Shown: piece by piece, positions 61,451 through 64,000 of the stretch
Layout: the number at the start of each line of letters is the position of its first letter
Numbering within the stretch: the stretch's first letter is position 1
Origin: Massalongia carnosa
Taxonomy: Eukaryota
Reading direction: 5' to 3'
Assembly (NCBI GenBank): GCA_965645245.1
Contig: OZ287084.1
Span: forward strand, 1,240,001-1,304,000
Length of the DNA: 64,000 nt
Notes under the pieces: model-generated
What the model was told of the DNA's origin: nothing
Database searches by the model: none
Seen by the model: only the letters and a program-made list of their open reading frames with translations
Position numbers and translations under genes: made by a program

Positions 61451-62563
61451 CAAATAGAGATAGAGATGTCGAGGGAGGGCCAGTGGACGTCTGACTGATA
61501 TATAAGCTAGCTAGATAGTTATCGATTACTCAGATCTGATCTAATATTTCATTCAAGAAGAGCTTCGCTCCTCGATTCTTCGATTAAGATAACGAAGGCT
61601 TATGTAGAATGAAGACCGAATTTATATGGAGATTAACGTAGAATAAATAAATGAATTCTCGTCATCTCAGTAAGAAGATTGGTCGTCTATTAAACATGAT
61701 ATCTATTCGTTCTTTCAGGGCATCGATGTGAATCGTCTTTAACGCGGTCTCCTTTCATCATAAAAGCTACGATAAGTTATCCCGGCTGCTGCGTCTGTTT
61801 GTCGCGTGATCTACTGTTTTGCTAGTAGGAAGGCTTTCTCGACGCTAGAGGTTGTAATGTCTAAATTCGGGGTTCGTGGTTGAGACCATTGTGGTTGTGT
61901 TGAGTCTGTTAACCTATGATTAATTAACTTGATATCGAAAAAATCTAAAGATAGAGAGAAATATCTACCCGAAAAGGATGAGATGATGACCGTCGTCAAG
62001 GAATCTTCAAAGACGATCGCTATCGTCGAATGAAATGTTTTCAACGTCTTTTCAGGATTTTGTTTTCCTCGCTTCAAGTTGACATCAACTCCCGTTTCGG
62101 TAATGATCTGTCGTCTTCATCACACCCACCCGATGCGTGTACAAGCATAAACAACAAGCCGAAATATTGAAAACATAGTTAACACTGCTTAGGCTGATGG
62201 TTCCGTCTTTGAACTCCTCCTTTAAAGTCACACAACGGTCAATCGCGCAGCTGGTAAACGGCGAGGTCGTTGTACAAAGAGGTGCAGTGAACGAAGATGC
62301 CATTTCTGACCAAGTTGCGCCATGGAGACCGTCATACTGCCTGCATGGCGCATGAACCAGTCATCCAAGAAATCGATTGCTCAATTTGCACTGGTGATGC
62401 CACCGGATATATTTGACAGGATAAACATTCTTGACCAAATTCTGTCGTTTTTCCACGAAGCCTCTCCCTCTTGTGCATAATTTTTCTAAAATAGGACTGG
62501 CTATCAAGTCTCAAGCACCTACAGGCTACAATCTCAACGGTGATAAAGCCTCTTCACAACGCC

Positions 62564-64000
62564 ATGGCTACGGTAAATGGGCCGAGTCATCCTGTCCCAA
62601 ACTCAGCGGGTGTCGATCCCTCACAAGTGGCATATCCTCGTTCGGATCTTAAGCTTGAAAATCATCCATTAGACGATATACGTAGCCTGAGAGTTGCAGT
62701 GATCGGTGCTGGTATGTCGGGAGTTCTCGCTGGGGTTCTACTCCCGGCCAAAGTACCGAGCATTGATCTGAAGATATATGAGAAAAACTTTGAAGTGGTA
62801 TGTATCAAACTCCTAGAACGCAACCAGATAGTTGATTCAGAGAATCTCATTATCAACATTTTCAGGGAGGTACGTGGTTGGAGAATATCTACCCCGGTGT
62901 TCGCTGTGACATACCGGCCAATGTCTATCAGTGCTCATTTTCTCCAAATACTCAATGGACTGAAGAATTCGCCCAGGGAGCGGAAATCCGAGAGTATTGG
63001 CAGAACGTTGCTAAGAAATATAATGTCTACCGCCTCCTTAAACTAGGCCAGCAGATAGAGAAGATTGAATGGGATGAAAGCGAGTCGGTATGGCATCTGA
63101 CTGTGCAGGATGTGCGAACGCGGGAAACTTTCCATGACCGAGTCGACTTTGTGCTAACAGCAGTGGGGCGATTCAACGCCTGGAGGTTGCCAGACTATCC
63201 CGGCATTAAAGATTATCAAGGGCTACTTCGGCATGCTTCCAACTGGGATCCAGGATTTGATCCAGCCGGTAAGAACATTGCTATCATAGGGAACGGAGCT
63301 AGTGGAATCCAATTAGTTCCAAATCTGCAAAGGTCGCTAATCGTATTGATCATTATGCCCGCAGCAAAACCTGGATCGCCGCCTCGTGGGCTGGCGACGA
63401 GCGGAAAATTGAGCCCCAGTATTTCTCTGCTGAACAATTGGAGTCTTTCAAGGATCCCTCGACGTACCTAGAGTTCCGAAAGAAGCTTGAGGTAAAGTAC
63501 TGGCGGAGGTTTAGCGCCATGTTTCGAGGATCCAAGGAGAATTCGACGATGCGGCAGGATTTCATCCAAATCATGGTGAAGTGTCTTCAGAAAAAGCCGG
63601 AGCTGCTGGAGCACATGGTGCCTGACTTCTCCCCTTACTGCCGTCGGCTAACGCCAGGCCCAGGTTATCTAGAAGCTTTGTGTGAGGAAAACGTAGAGTA
63701 TATCCGGGACAGCATTGACAAATTCACCACCCATGGAATCCAGACCGCTGATGGTAAGGTCCGCAATGTGGATGCCGTTTTCTGTGCCACGGGTGCCAAC
63801 GTGGATGCTGTGCCTCCGTTCCCGATTGTATCTAGAGGGCTTGATTTAAGAACAGCATGGAAGCCTGACGGGATATTCGGCTTTCCATACACGTACATGG
63901 GTGTCGCCACTCCGGGCTTCCCCAACCTATTATTCATTGGCGGTCCGCACGGATCGGCTCCATCAGGCACAATGCCCCATGGCCTTGAGATCCAGCTGAC
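62564..64000 (+). CDS. Flavin-binding monooxygenase (BVMO/FMO-like) with a single-base frameshift; 3' end runs off the window
   Basis: VAVIGAGMSG, intron ~62798-62864, GGTWLENIYPGVRCDIP, BVMO-type fingerprint YQGLLRHASNWD, IIGNGASGIQ, frameshift at ~63329-63331, then RSKTWI, CRRLTPGPGYLEAL, VDAVFCATG and PGFPNLLFIGGP. Confidence 0.85.

Overview
Gene-dense 64-kb window from a filamentous ascomycete fungus (inferred from short GT-AG introns with CTRAC branch points and Pezizomycotina-type proteins). It holds about 20 mostly housekeeping genes: MAK21, VMA5, MET14, SCY1, a branched-chain aminotransferase, an ethanolamine kinase, a DUF3405 protein, ERB1, a TGL-like patatin protein, SAS10, TSC10, GLE1, SSD1 and ERV29. 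A U2 snRNA gene lies at about 3382-3570, invisible to the ORF track. There is one near-intact pogo/Fot1-type DNA transposon with 98-bp inverted repeats, two clear pseudogenes (a SAM methyltransferase and an acyl-CoA dehydrogenase) and a frameshifted flavin monooxygenase. The most unusual signal is a non-coding array at about 16.0-16.9 kb: five copies of an invariant 15-mer TTCTGTCTGGGTGTC sit in a ~40-bp repeat with a conserved small hairpin, separated by unrelated spacers, with three possible decayed copies implying a ~105-140 bp period. Its function is unknown. A 9-mer TACAGAGTA/TACTCTGTA also recurs, only in intergenic DNA. Exon boundaries were read by eye and family calls come from motif recognition, not database searches.
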